A stretch of DNA of 64,000 bases from Eledone cirrhosa (lineage: Eukaryota): the NCBI GenBank assembly GCA_964016885.1, contig OZ024741.1, forward strand, positions 84,816,001 through 84,880,000. The letters run 5' to 3'. A program made the translations under genes and the position numbers. The notes under the pieces were generated by a model. It was not told the origin of the DNA. It did no database searches and worked only from the letters and a program-made list of their open reading frames with translations. Below are positions 48,732 through 63,279 of the stretch, piece by piece (position 1 is the first letter of the stretch; each line of letters starts with the position of its first letter).

Positions 48732-49072
48732 ATGTCTTTATTCGCCGCAAGGGCACAAAAGATGGGGACAAATACAAAGTGGGGAGTTTACATACATGCG
48801 TGTAAAATAAGAATTTATAACAATGATAATAAATTAAACAATCGAAATCCCCAATAGGGGGGAGCCGTTACACAGGGGTTGTACACACCCCGAAAAATGT
48901 ACAACCCTCATCTCCAGGAGCACGAAGAGGGAGCGCTCCCTTCCTCTCTTCTTCTTCTTCTTCCTCAACCTACAGGTTTATATAGAGAGAAGGCCATTCT
49001 TGCCACATTCACCCACCTTTCAGAAAATTTGCTGGGGTCCAGCACCTCTCTCTCCACTCTGATTCTTCTTCT

Positions 49073-49075
<3 letters not shown>
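48730..49075 (-). mobile_element. 5'-truncated Tx1 copy
   Basis: 3'-end homology to the other copies; flanked by (GATA)n at 48675-48730 and 49076-49133. Confidence 0.85.
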
Positions 49076-49134
<59 letters not shown>

Positions 49135-49348
49135 TTCTTTATTTACCATAAAGGCATAAAAAGAAGGGACAAATACAAAGGGGGAGTTTACATAAAATCG
49201 AGTAAAAAGGGTATAAAATGAAAATAATCGAAAACAACCTCAAAAGGGAGGGGACGTGATGGGGGTTGTACACACCCCCGAAAAAGTGTGCAATCCTTTG
49301 CCCGGGGAGCACATGGAGAAGGTGCTCCCCTCTCCTTCACTTCTTTAC

Positions 49349-52300
49349 CTACAGGATGGTATACAGAGAAGGCCCATTTACACGAGCCATTCTCGCCACT
49401 ATCACCCACCTTTCATAAAACTGCCTGTGGCCAAGCACCTCTCTCTCCATTCTTATCCTTCTTCCGAAGTGATATCGGAAGAAGTAGACCAGACTATGGC
49501 CAGAGAGGAAGTTGCCTGACCTCAGACCTTTCAATCCTGTCCACCAAACAACCTCTTTCAACATGGCTATTACGCACAGAAAAATCGCCTTTGCTTCCTT
49601 TGTGAAGAGGGGAGGCCGCTTGATTGTCATCACGGACTCGGCGGTCAATCGAATCGGCGCCACCCGCGACAGCAGTCGTTCGGCGTAGCCCCACAGATCA
49701 GCCACGCCCGTACATTGCACCAATGCGTGCGCAACGGTTTCTTCGTGACGCACGCATCTAGGGCAAATCTTTTTCGAGGGATCCCTGCCCGGGCGCCCGT
49801 GTCTGTAGAGCCTCTCTCGAACGGGTAGAGCCCCCCGGTAGCACTGCCAGGCTAGTGACTTCTTGAAGTTGTCCATTGGTCCCGGGCCGAAAGTCTTACC
49901 GAACAGGCTGGCCAGTTCGTCCTCTTCCATGTCCAGCGACTCTCCAAGGGTGTCATCGCCCCTGCTAGCCACCAGCCCTCTATAGAATGATGAGGTGGAT
50001 TCTCCACCGATGGCCTGGCCCGCTTGCCAGAGAGCCCTGAGCGCCTGGGCACACTCAGTGTGCCAGTCTCCCAGTTTTCCGGATCTTTGCTTGACCCAGG
50101 ACTGCAGCTCGGTGAGCGAGACGAGTCTCGGTAAGGCTCGTTTCACGAACGGAGCCCACACCAGTTGACCAGTGAGGAATACCTGTAGGTGCCGTAGACT
50201 TAATGCGTGCCTACGCATCATCAACCACGGCATCCTCAGCCCTTCTTTCGAAGGTTGTTGGCAGCAGATGGATCTTCTCACCATAGGAGGACGCTTCTTC
50301 CAAAGAAATTGGAAGAGCATGCGTTCCATGGTGGTGAGTGTTTCCTTAGGGCAAGGCATGACAGTCAGGCGGTAGTAAGTGACGGACGCTATGTAAATGT
50401 TCGCCACCTTCGCCCGACCTTTTAGGGACAGCTTACACTTGGCCCATTTCTGGGTTAGTGTAAACACCTTGTTCGTAACCTCGTCCCAGTTCTTTTCCAC
50501 CTGGAGGTCCGGTCCAAACCAGACCCCAAGCAACTTCACCGGGCCCTCCGTCCAGTGTCCGACGACACCGTCGGGAGGCATCGGTCTGCCTCTCCACGTT
50601 CCGAGTTGCAGCCCGATGGATTTTTCCCGGTTCAGTTTCGCTCCTGACAACCTTTCGTAATCCTCCAGTAAGGTACCGATCGCCTCGATCTCCGAGTCGG
50701 TCGATACCATTACTGTTACGTCATCGGCGTAGGCCGACACCGCTTTGCTCAATCCTGGTTCCAGGGGGATACACTGCAACAACTCCAACTTCCTCAGTAA
50801 AGGCTCGAGATTCAATACGTACAGAAGGGAGGAGAGAGGGCACCCCTGTCGAATGGATCGTGTGATTTCGAACGGCTTCGATAGGTAGCCGTTCACCTTG
50901 ATCCTAGAACAGATGTGGTTGCTATGTAAGGCAGTGATCCAGCCTCTGAAAACAGCTGCCGACCTGGATGGGATAGCACATGTCTGCGCATCTCCCACCA
51001 GGCCACCCACGACAAGCACCAACCTCTTTGCTAACACCTTGGCCAAAATCTTTAACTCTGTGTTTAGCAGGGTTATGAGCCGAAATTATTTATACTATCC
51101 CCCTTGTTCTCGTCCTTCCTCACCAGCGAGACTACGCCCTTGGCTACAGAACAAGGAATTCTCCCGTCTGCTGCCAATTGCAGTAGACCGCTTCGAGGAG
51201 TTCGGAGAAGAAGACCGGCATTGCTAAATAAAGTTCGTAAGGTATACCATCGAAACCTGGTGATTTGCGTCTGCTGCATTGGCTCAGTACATCCCCGATC
51301 TCATCAGCCGAGATTGGTCCCTCGCAGGACTCTGCCTCTTCGCTCGAGTGACGCGGCAGGCCGTCGAGGTATGGACCGCAATCCACGTCCCCGCCCGGAC
51401 CCTCGCCTCCCCCGAATAATCGGGCAAAGTGCCTTTGAAAGGCCTCGCACATCTGCTTAGGCTCCCGGATCACCCGTCCATCCTCATCTTGCAAAGACCG
51501 GATGGTGGATCGATTTCCACTCTTAGCTTCTGTCACGCGGGCCCATCAACGGCTTTGGCCCCCTCATTACCTAGAGCACGTATTTTACTTCGAATGACGC
51601 AGCCTTCGTGCTGTGCATCGAAAAACTGGTTCAAGGCCGTCCTCGATGCCAGCACTCTGGCCACATCTTCGCTCTTGATTGCCTCTTCTAATTTACCTGT
51701 TAATTCTTTCTTGTTTCTATTCCTATCGGCAGCTAACATCTTGCTATAACTTATTGATTCTGTTCTAATCTCTCTTTTGAGAGATGCCCACCATCGGTTG
51801 TTGACGATTGCACCCGTCAACCTCTCCTTAATTAATCTGCCAATCCGGTTTCTGTAAGTCTCTTTTGCCGGTAAAGACAAATTAAGTTTCCAGTAACCGG
51901 AAGCCTGTTTATGTGTTTTCTCGAGATTGACTACGCAGGTCACTAATTTGTGATCCGTATAGCCAACCGTGAGCATTTCTGGACAGCTTAATATGTCCTT
52001 ATCCTTACTTCTAACTAAGAATCTATCTAAGTACGATCTAGATTGACCACTATGCTTCGTCCAAGTCCAGGTTGGTACAGTTGGAAAATCTAGTCGATAT
52101 CTATCGACCAAGTTAAAACGGTCGAGTAACCCCTTGAGGCTGTTACACCCCCTCTATTAGGACATGCTCCTGCATAGTCCCAACGTGCATCTAGGATGTC
52201 ATTCCAATCCCCCGCTAGAAGCAGGGAACGCGACGTTCCCAGACAAGTCTCCAAACGCTGGAAGAAGTCGGGCCGTTCAGCTCCGATGGAGGAGTAGACG

Positions 52301-52600
52301 GCGACCAGTCTCAAGGCCGCACCTTCACTACTGCCAACGTCTAGCACCAACAAACGACCCTCCGGGTCCGAGTGAACGACCTGTACGGCGAGACCCAGGT
52401 GTTTTTCCAGCAGTACGACAACCCCACCCCCACCTCCAGGTTGACAGAGAGATGCATGCACCTCAAAGTCATCGAAGGTAGGGGCCAGCTGCCGCACGAC
52501 GCTGATCCGAGTCTCACAGATAACCATTACATTTATACCACGTGACCTGAGGTCATTTAGAAGCTTTGCTTGCTTCCAAGTTGAGCCCAGGCCACGTGCA
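49349..52600 (-). pseudogene. Tx1 copy B ORF2, with frameshifts and an in-frame deletion in RT
   Basis: GDWN and SYLDRFLV (APE); QGCPLS and YADD (RT). The segment IHDNLHLMRY..DQSKAFDRVDH seen in copy A is absent (AIPSRS joins directly to AAVFRG). Confidence 0.85.
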
Positions 52601-54451
52601 TGGGGTCGGGGGTGTTGGATGAAGGGGTGTCTTGTGGTGGTGTGGGGTCGTCAGTGTGTGGTGGGGTTGGGGTGTTTGGAGTTGTGTTGGGGAGGGGAAG
52701 GGGAGGGGGAAAGCTTTTTAGTAGGACGCGGTTTATGGGTTTGACAGAGGGTGGTCCTACGTCCTCCTTAAAATCCTTTTTTAGTTTTTGGTAGAGGTTC
52801 ATTGGGATCTTTATTAATTTTAAATGTGGGTAGTTTTCTGAAGAAACAAAGTTTACACCTTCGGTTTGTACCGAAGGATTATTGTTTATGAGTTCATTTA
52901 ATTTATTATTGTTTCTGTTGATGTAAGTATAGTGTAATGTCTTTTTTTCGGATGGTGTGAGTGTTTCGAAGAGGGGAGGGGAAGGTTTGGTTTTGTTTGT
53001 TGCTGGAGGGGTGTTTTGTGTTTTGTTGGATTGTGTTGACATTTGGGTAGGGGTTGTTTGGCCTTGTGTGTTTTGCACATGTTTTCTTTTTTTCCTTTTA
53101 ATCTGTCTGAAGGACTCCGTTTCTTCCTCTGAATTCGTTGGGTTATCTTCAGTGTTGGAGGGAAGAGGTATGTTTGCTGGTAATGTTTCCGTGTTGGTTT
53201 TCTTTGTGGGGGAGATGGATGTCACTATGTTAGACTGTGTTGTGTGTTGTGGCTGCGGTGGTTGTGTTGTTTTATTGAGTGAGGGGTATTTTGTTTTGGG
53301 GTAATGTGTTGTGACTGTTTGTGTTGTGGTGGTGGTGTAGTTTTACTGAGAGACGGGTTGGGTGGGACTGAGTTTTGTTGTTTGTTTATCTGTTGTGGTG
53401 GTGGAGCTGGTGTTGGTAGCAGGGTTTTATTTTTGTTGAGTTGGGGACAAGCCGCCTTCAGGTGCCCTCTGCCTGCACAGATATTACAGGACGGCCTTCT
53501 CCCCTCCACGCTAATGTTTATATACCCGTGGCCCTCTAATAGGATTCTGTCGGGTATTTGGGCGATGCGTTCAGGCTTCATTTGCACTACAAGTTCTATA
53601 CCTGTTCCACTGAACGCATTGCCTGTGGTTTTCCCAATGGAAATCACGTTGTCATTCGCTGGAGCGATGAAGCCAGCTATGAGCCAGCAGTAGTCCACAT
53701 CTGGCATCATTGCATCCAGCCATATGCGCTGAGTTCTTTTACCCATATGAGATGGATAAAAGGTAAAATTTGTCGAACGAATCGGTGACAAAGCACATGT
53801 TTTTGCCGCCGATTCGTTCTTCATAATAATCGCTAGGCTTCCATACAGTCTGTCTCTTCTTATGAAAGTGGTTTCATTAAGTACTTCTGTAAGTACTACT
53901 TTGATTTCTGTTTGTGTTGGCTGTTGAGGTTTTTTAGAAATGTTGTTGATGGTGCGGAAAACGACCGTCCGACATTAAATGTCTTTGGTGAGTTCTTGAG
54001 GCATTTTTACCGATAAAATACCATTTTCCCCTTCAGTTATGTATTGTTTGGCGTCTGTAATTCTTTGTGCCACATCTGAAATATTTTCAGGTATATATGT
54101 CAAAGATTTCTTTGTTGTTTGTGCAAATGAAATATTATTGGTGTTGACTTTGTCGTCTGCTTTGCTTTTTGTTATGATGTTGTTTTCAAATGTTATTTTT
54201 GTGTTTGTCGTGTCTTTGTTTGTGGTATTAATATTGTCATGCAATTTTTCAAATTTTTTTTTTTCGTTGTTGGAATCAATGTCCAGATTTGTGTTTTCGT
54301 CATTTTTCTCCGCAGATTCGTCTGTTTTTATTTTATTTTTTCTTTCCTTCTCTATGACGTTAGTTGGGAAGGAAGGGGGGACTAAAGCGTGCGAGCTTAC
54401 AACTCTTACCGCTGTCCCCCCACCACTATTTTCGTTAGCTTCGTTTAACAT
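52557..54451 (-). pseudogene. Tx1 copy B ORF1, interrupted
   Basis: Three ORF pieces homologous to copy A ORF1 (SFAQT, RIAQIP.R, VEGRRPSC, NPSVQTEG.NF). Confidence 0.8.
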
Positions 54452-54687
54452 TTCTGTCAGACGATTGAAATATTTTATGCCACAAAATTTTTAAAAACAG
54501 GTTTTTCACCCCTGGGAAGGGCAAAGATGAGCTGACCCACCACCTGACAGTTCAGACGGGGGGTCAAGCTACACAATAGTATCAAAATTAAAATTGAACT
54601 TACAAAATTTCCGCAATAAATTTGAACAAAACTTCTGCGCGAAGTGAATTACATCTACGCTGTAGAACAGACGACAGCTAAATTATA

Positions 54688-54790
<103 letters not shown>

Positions 54791-54940
54791 TCTGTGTATA
54801 TGTGTCTGTGTGTTTCTGTATATATATATATATATAAATGAATGAAGTAATTCCGTCGGAAAAGTCCAGGAAAAAAGAGTGCTCTATGTAAGCAACAGAG
54901 CTTAATTATTATTATGTAATAAACAACATAAGGCAATTAT

Positions 54941-54998
54941 TCCATTTACCAGTGGTTTCTTAAAAGCAAAAGGTTTTGCTTTCAATCCTCAGAATGAA
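54941..54998 (-). ncRNA. Type I hammerhead ribozyme (inverted copy of 55221-55279)
   Basis: Reverse complement of the above. Confidence 0.8.
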
Positions 54999-55141
54999 AA
55001 AATCGTGGTTTGTTTATTGAATTTGGTTCTTAAAAAAACAAAAAAAGCAAGCTATATGAAAGTGAGGCTGGAGAAGGAAGAAGGAAAGGAAAAATAAAAT
55101 AAGACTACACATACAACCACACATACACGAAAAAACATAAA

Positions 55142-55174
<33 letters not shown>

Positions 55175-55220
55175 TCAATAAACAAACCAGGATTTTTTCA
55201 TTCAAACAAACCAGGATTTT

Positions 55221-55279
55221 TTCATTCTGAGGATTGAAAGCAAAACCTTTTGCTTTTAAGAAACCACTGGTAAATGGAA
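55221..55279 (+). ncRNA. Type I hammerhead ribozyme
   Basis: ttcatt-CTGAGGA-ttgaaagcaaa acct tttgcttttaa-GAAA-cc act gg-TA-aatgga. Confidence 0.8.
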
Positions 55280-55308
55280 TAATTGCCTTATGTTGTTTAT
55301 TACATAAT

Positions 55309-55413
<105 letters not shown>

Positions 55414-55544
55414 TGTTAGCTGTGTATATAGATATATGTAAATATATATGTATATAGTTTGTTTGTATACACACACACATACACATGCATATATGTGTGT
55501 GTGTGCGCGTGTGTATTTAGATATTATATTGTGTATATATAAAG

Positions 55545-55830
55545 GGTGGAGGCACGTGGCCTAGTGGTAAAGGTTTTAGACTTACGATCATAATGTCGTG
55601 GGCTCGATTCCTGGGTTGCGTGTTGTGTTCTTGAGCAAAACACTTCATTTCACGTTGCTTCAGTATACTCAGCTGGAATTGAGTACCAGCAATAGCTGGA
55701 GGTTTAACCCTGCGATGGACTGGCGTCCTGTCCAGGAGGAGTCTTGTGCTCTCAGTCGCTTCACGCCATGAAACCCGGATAAGCACCGGCCAAATGAGCC
55801 TTCTGGCTTAAGACAGACTTTAGACTTTTT
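55545..55830 (+). mobile_element. Second tRNA-derived SINE family
   Basis: A box gtggcctagtggtaa, B-box-like ggctcgattcc, central ttgagcaaaacactt block, short repeated tail (agacttt). Decayed relatives near 1540, 17360 and 46465. Confidence 0.75.
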
Positions 55831-55837
55831 TTATATA

Positions 55838-57273
55838 TAAGAATATTTATTTGGTTGATTTACCGGTTTTCAAAAGTAGAATTGAGATGGAGGGGTTATG
55901 GTTTTTCTCGCATCTGGTTGGTGTTCTAATGTTACTTCTGTTTTATGTGGAAAAAAGTGCCTCGAAATGCTAGGTTTTTTTAGAAAAGTAATTTGGTTGG
56001 TTGATGACTGTCACATGAATAAGTATAATAAATTTCGCGCCAGTTCGCGTTACATAGTACCCACCATTACTAATAAATAATGGAATAAAAAGGGCTAAAG
56101 CAATATGCACTGATGAATTACGAAAACAGAAACAAATTCAAGGCACGTCCAATATTTTATCATATATCTCGACACATCTCCCAAGAAATGCGGAAGCATA
56201 CAACATTATTCACAAGAACATCTCACTATTGAAACAAGACCCAAGGATAAAAAAAAACGCCCTTGAAACACACAAAATAATCAAAAGCAAAAGACAACCG
56301 AAATCACTAAAAACATTACTCACCAATGCCAAATTACCTACCACAAACCCACAACCAACTGTCAACAAATGTGGTCGCTCTAATTGTAGAAGCTGCACTC
56401 AACTCAAAATGTTGTTTTAAAAATCACTTCACTTGCTCATCAAAAAATTTACTTTATGCCATTATGCAATAAAGATTATACAGGAAAAACTAAACTCACA
56501 CTCAGAAATAGAATGACAGATCATCGCCAACAATTACAAGATCCAACCACGAGACAGACACCACTAAGCGCATCTACACATATGCGCAAGCGATAAGATA
56601 CCCAAATTCCAAGTCTTCCCACTTTATCTCTGCGCTGACAATACAACAGAACAAATACGAATAAATAAGGAAAATATGACTACCAAAAAAATATGACTAC
56701 CAAAAAAATTCCCAAATACGGGCGCTAAATGTTATGTACTTGTTCACGTGACAGTCATAACCAATCAAATTACATTTATAAAAAACTTTTTCGAGCCACT
56801 TTTTCAAGTGAAAAGAAACTCAAACACGAACTGGCTGATGTGCTTATTCACGTGACTGCATCAACCATCCAAATTTGACTCATATATGAAAAAACAATCT
56901 GAGGCCCCCTCCCCCTTTTTTTAAAGGCAAATATAATAAGAACTTTGTAACACAAACTGGCGCGAAATTTATTATACTTATTCACCTGACAGTCACCAGC
57001 CAGCCAAAAGACTAGCATATTGAGCCACTTTTTTCCACATAAAACAGAAGTGACATTCGAACACAAACCAGATGCGAAAAAATCCACAAACCCTCGATCT
57101 CGATCACAATTCTAATTTTGAAAAGCATAGGAACTGCGAAACCGGTAAAGGAACCAAATAAATATTCTTAAAAAGACTCAAGTTGCATTTTCGATTTCAT
57201 TATTTTTCCTTATACTCTCAATCATGTAGGACATCTCGTTTTTTTTCAGTTTGGAAAAAAAATCTCATTTTCT

Positions 57274-57280
<7 letters not shown>
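55838..57280 (+). mobile_element. Decayed Penelope-like element with an inverted 5' pseudo-LTR
   Basis: ORF remnant 56229-56420 (SKRQPKSLKTLLTNAKL..KCGRSNCRSC) followed by degenerate endonuclease-like sequence. 55838-56050 is an imperfect inverted copy of 56955-57170. Confidence 0.7.
57110..57153 (+). ncRNA. Minimal hammerhead motif, U3-A8 variant, in the Penelope pseudo-LTR
   Basis: tt-TTGAAAA-gca taggaac tgc-GAAA-ccgg-TA-aa; downstream of the Penelope ORF relic. Confidence 0.6.
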
Positions 57281-57734
<454 letters not shown>

Positions 57735-58101
57735 GGGGGAGAGGGGTTCCTTCCATTCTTCGTATCGACAAAATTATTCATGTTTGGAACCGTACTATTT
57801 TAAAGTATTAGTATAGCAATAAATTTGAAAGATATATGACATAAATAAGCATGGTGTGAAAGCAAGTTAAACATCATATATATATATATTGTTTACAGAC
57901 GACATTAATCAAACATACATATGAAAGATAGAACAAAATGAATAATTATTTCTAGTTGAGATCTTTTTAATGCATTTAACTATGTGAGAAGTCAACGAAA
58001 GATTTCGAAGTAATGTATAATTCTGCTTGAAGACAATCTATATAAACTATATTTTCATAATATCTAGGCTCACATCTATCAGTAGATAGACACACCCACA
58101 C

Positions 58102-58151
<50 letters not shown>

Positions 58152-58157
58152 TATATG

Positions 58158-58208
<51 letters not shown>

Positions 58209-58221
58209 ATATATATATATG

Positions 58222-58286
<65 letters not shown>

Positions 58287-58457
58287 AAGTGTGGTAAGGA
58301 ACCAGGTGGACCATAACGCACCAATCTCGATATTTAGGGTAGCAGATCTAGCTGTCGAAACGGCCGGAGCTCCGCCGTCGGGGTCCTGACTCTTATCCTA
58401 TATATATATATATATATATATTTATGATCATCCTCTTAATCACATCATTATCAACAT

Positions 58458-58497
<40 letters not shown>

Positions 58498-58513
58498 ACC
58501 GTGTGTATGTACC

Positions 58514-58576
<63 letters not shown>

Positions 58577-58591
58577 ACTCTCTCACACAAA

Positions 58592-58642
<51 letters not shown>

Positions 58643-58644
58643 TT

Positions 58645-59517
58645 CCCTCCTCTTATTCCCGGCAGTTTGTTCGGGCAGTCTCCTGAAGCATGTCTTCCAG
58701 TGGGTCCTATCAGAAGCAACCGATGCGGCTTGATCCCTAAGCGAAGCCAGCCGAGCTCATGTATGTTATCGAACCAAACTGTCCGGGATCTACTCCTGAG
58801 TGTCTTGTAGGTTGAGCCTGAAAAATCTGTCCGGCGATTCATTGCTGAGGTATTCTAATGACATGTACAAAATTCGGATCAGTGACCTCTCATTTCGGGG
58901 AATCGTGGTTCTTGCTGGTGGGACTTCCTGATCTTAGAGCTACAAATTCTATTGAATAACGTTACTCCAAACGGCCTTCGGGGTAACCCTATTTCAATCG
59001 CTTGTCTCCACCTTCGTATTCTTTGGATCATTACTCAAGATTCATGACCATAGTTTATAGCTGGAATGAATACCGAATTGAATATAGCGTGTTTGGATTT
59101 TACGCCTACTTCCCTTCTTCTGACTACCAAATGTTAAAGCTTCTGCAATTCTCGCCGTTAATTCATCCCCTGCAACCTAACACTCTTGAATACGGTCATG
59201 AGATACTTGAACTTCTCCTTTTACTTCAGTGTGCACTGCGCATGCTTCATTAAAAGAATAGGTATCTCAGTCTTCGCAGCACTGATTTTCATTCCTGCCA
59301 TGCAGCACTCGGCAGCAAACTTATCAAGTGCATATTGGAGATCCCCTTCTGATAGGTTAAGCAATATAATGTTGTCAGCTAATTCCAGCCGACTCAACCA
59401 ACACCTGCTAGTCTTCATAGAACTTCCGAACCTGCTGCACATATCAATCCTGTTCATGAATTTGTATATATATATATATTTTTTTTTTCTTCCTCATAAT
59501 CGTCCCATTCTCACTGT

Positions 59518-59520
<3 letters not shown>
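58645..59520 (-). mobile_element. Degenerate RTE-clade (Expander/Rex3-like) LINE 3' fragment
   Basis: ORF 59221-59457, LADNIILL..DLQYALDKFAAEC..AGMKIS..KTE, matches the region after the RT catalytic motif. Confidence 0.7.
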
Positions 59521-59611
<91 letters not shown>

Positions 59612-59625
59612 TTAATATGACACCC

Positions 59626-59676
59626 AGCTTCCTGAAGATTTCATCTGAATGAAACAGTTCTAGTCCTGTAGAAGCT
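59626..59676 (+). ncRNA. Type I hammerhead ribozyme (diverged member of the 3876-3926 family)
   Basis: agcttc-CTGAAGA-tttcatctgaat-GAAA-cag ttctagtc ctg-TA-gaagct; compensatory change in stem I. Confidence 0.8.
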
Positions 59677-59684
59677 CCTTCTAT

Positions 59685-59827
<143 letters not shown>

Positions 59828-59903
59828 GCATATATATATATACACATATATATATATATATACACATATATATATATACACATATATATATACATATATA
59901 CAC

Positions 59904-59981
<78 letters not shown>

Positions 59982-60128
59982 CGAAGGAGTTGTGGTAGGG
60001 AACCAGATGGACCATAACGCACCAGAGTACTCAATACATAGGGTAGTAGAGTGGGTAATAGTAGAATATTGGAGTCCAGAAATAGCCGTCGAAACGGCTT
60101 GAGCTCTGCCGTCGGGGTCATACTTTCT

Positions 60129-60171
<43 letters not shown>

Positions 60172-60247
60172 CCGGGTTGAATCGGAGGTAACCACAGTAA
60201 GTAATGTACTCAATACATTGCAGAGTATAACAGTTTTAATATAGATG

Positions 60248-60298
60248 AGATTCTACAGGACTAGAACTGTTTCATTCTTTAGAAATCATCAGAAATCT
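60248..60298 (-). ncRNA. Type I hammerhead ribozyme (same family as 3876-3926)
   Basis: Same fold with one G-U pair in stem I. Confidence 0.75.
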
Positions 60299-60759
60299 GG
60301 GTATCAAAAAATAAGTGTGGTATTTATAGGTCTCTACAAGTGGTACGAGATGGTGGGGAGTGGGATGGGTGTAGGTCATTGGTTGATAGAAAAGGGAATT
60401 CATTAAAAGCTAATTCTACAAAGCTATAGTTTATTTTTATTTATTTTTGTTTTTAGAGTAACAAAGGCAGACAGAATTCTATAAACAGGTTCAGGATGGC
60501 ATGCCACTCCTTATTATTAAGTTTCTCTTAAGCTAACAGGTGTCTATAAGATCAGTGGGGGGTCAGTCGTGGTAGATAGATTTAAAGAAAAGGGAGATTC
60601 TTTAAAAGCTAAATTCATTAAGGTTCTACTAAGTGACAAGATTTAGAGAATTCTGTAGACAAATTCAAAATATTGAGTGCATATCTTACAATTATCTTCA
60701 AATTTCTCTTAAACTATTCAACTATATGCCAAAAATCAACAGACACATTCACAAAACAC

Positions 60760-60845
60760 ACTCACTCACACATTCACGCGCACCCATAAACACACATAAA
60801 CATACACATATACACACATATGCACACAGACACACATATAAATAC

Positions 60846-60886
<41 letters not shown>

Positions 60887-60989
60887 TACATATACATACA
60901 CACACACACACACACATATACGCACACACATCTATATATATATATAAATATATATACATACACACACATATATATACATACACATACAC

Positions 60990-61045
<56 letters not shown>

Positions 61046-61065
61046 GCATACACACACATATACAT

Positions 61066-61114
<49 letters not shown>

Positions 61115-61139
61115 TATACATACATACACATATACATAT

Positions 61140-61224
<85 letters not shown>

Positions 61225-61375
61225 TACACATATATACATATACACACATATATACATGTATATATATATATATATACATATATATGCACACATATATACA
61301 TATATATACATATACACACATACACACATATATATACACACTCACACACATATATATATACACACGCACACACAC

Positions 61376-61456
<81 letters not shown>

Positions 61457-61581
61457 CACACATACACACACATATACACATATACACATATATATATATA
61501 TATACACATATATACACATATATACATATATATACATAAATAAACACATATACACATATATATACACATACATACACATGC

Positions 61582-61656
<75 letters not shown>

Positions 61657-61778
61657 CATATATATACACATACATACATATACATATACATATATACACA
61701 TACACACGAATATACAGAAACATATGTACACACATACACACATACGTATACATAAATAAATAAACATATATATATATA

Positions 61779-61828
<50 letters not shown>

Positions 61829-61991
61829 CATATATATATATATACACACACACACACACGTACATACATACACCTACATATACACATATACACACATGCA
61901 CACATATACACATATACATATATATATATATACATAAAAATATATACACATATATACACATATACACACACATACATATATATATATATAT

Positions 61992-62024
<33 letters not shown>

Positions 62025-62441
62025 CACATGGTGGCTGCCAACTCGTTTTCTAGTACGGCCACTACTTTATATCCATGTAGGAGAACCTCTACTGATGCGC
62101 TGAACGAGTGACTTTTCAGTCCAGCCAGCGACTTGAAAACTCTGGTACAAACACTACACTTATGACAATTATTGACACATAGTGCTGGGCCCATGGTACC
62201 ATGTCACGACAAGAGGAGTGAGATCTCCAGATATAAAGCAATGCCTGTGCTGTGAAGCTTTTATAGTGAGCAAAGGCACTGCACAAAGCCAGTCCCACTC
62301 TCTTAACCAAGATGATATTTACCAAAAAGAAGAGCAAGTCAACATCATTGGATACCATCAGAGTTGCAGGTGTTATATCAGAGTTTTCCTTCTCCTAGAA
62401 TTCTGCCTTGACAAAGGCTAAGGGGTCATACATACATACAT

Positions 62442-62487
<46 letters not shown>

Positions 62488-62520
62488 GACGGTTGGATGG
62501 CCACTGATGAAGACAAACTT

Positions 62521-62569
<49 letters not shown>

Positions 62570-62955
62570 CATATATACACATACATATACATATATATAT
62601 ACACATACATACACACATAAACACATACATATATACACACATATATATACACACATACATACACACACACACACATACATACACATATATATAAATATAT
62701 ACATATACACACATATATATATACACATATACACACACACATATATACACACACATATATACATATATACACATATACACACACATATATATATACACAT
62801 ATACATATATATATATATACATAAATATATACACATACATACATACGCATACATACACACATATATATATACACATATACACATATATACACACATATAT
62901 ATATATATATACATATACATATACACACATACATATATACACATACACACATATA

Positions 62956-62999
<44 letters not shown>

Positions 63000-63105
63000 C
63001 ACACACATACCCATATACACATGTGCACACATACACATACATACACATACATATACATACACATACATATACACACATACACACAAATATATACACATAC
63101 AAATA
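60760..63105. repeat. Long mixed (TA)n/(CA)n/(TACA)n low-complexity tract, interrupted at 62028-62430
   Basis: Read directly; it accounts for the many YIYI/CVCV ORFs. Confidence 0.95.
62028..62420 (-). mobile_element. RTE-type LINE 3' end fragment
   Basis: C-terminal zinc-finger-like peptide HKCSVCTRVFKSLAGLKSH, typical of RTE ORF ends. Confidence 0.5.
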
Positions 63106-63279
63106 AATAAGTACTCAATAAATATACGCATATACGCAGGCACATAAAAACACCTCTACAGGCAGAAAATGTAGATAGGTAAGAGGTACTCACATAACCA
63201 TAGTGGCCGTATTTCAGGTTGAGGAGGGGTGGGGGTAGTGTGGGAAGGAGGTATAGGGGCCAATAGGAGGAGGTCGTTT

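Noticed and set aside
48270-49135. CRISPR-like repeat-spacer pattern
   Set aside because: The repeats are GATA microsatellites and the spacers are homologous Tx1 3' ends; eukaryotic context with no cas genes.
55545-55625. tRNA gene
   Set aside because: A/B-box-like head continues into a SINE body; no complete cloverleaf.
56105-56150. CTGATGAattacGAAA
   Set aside because: No stem II possible; lies within the Penelope coding relic. Isolated CTGATGA hits near 26575 (-), 33968 and 62504 also lack a matching 3' half.
60766-63193. Long ORFs up to 417 aa of [12 protein letters not shown] composition, and similar ORFs across the window
   Set aside because: Stop-free translations of dinucleotide microsatellites, not proteins.
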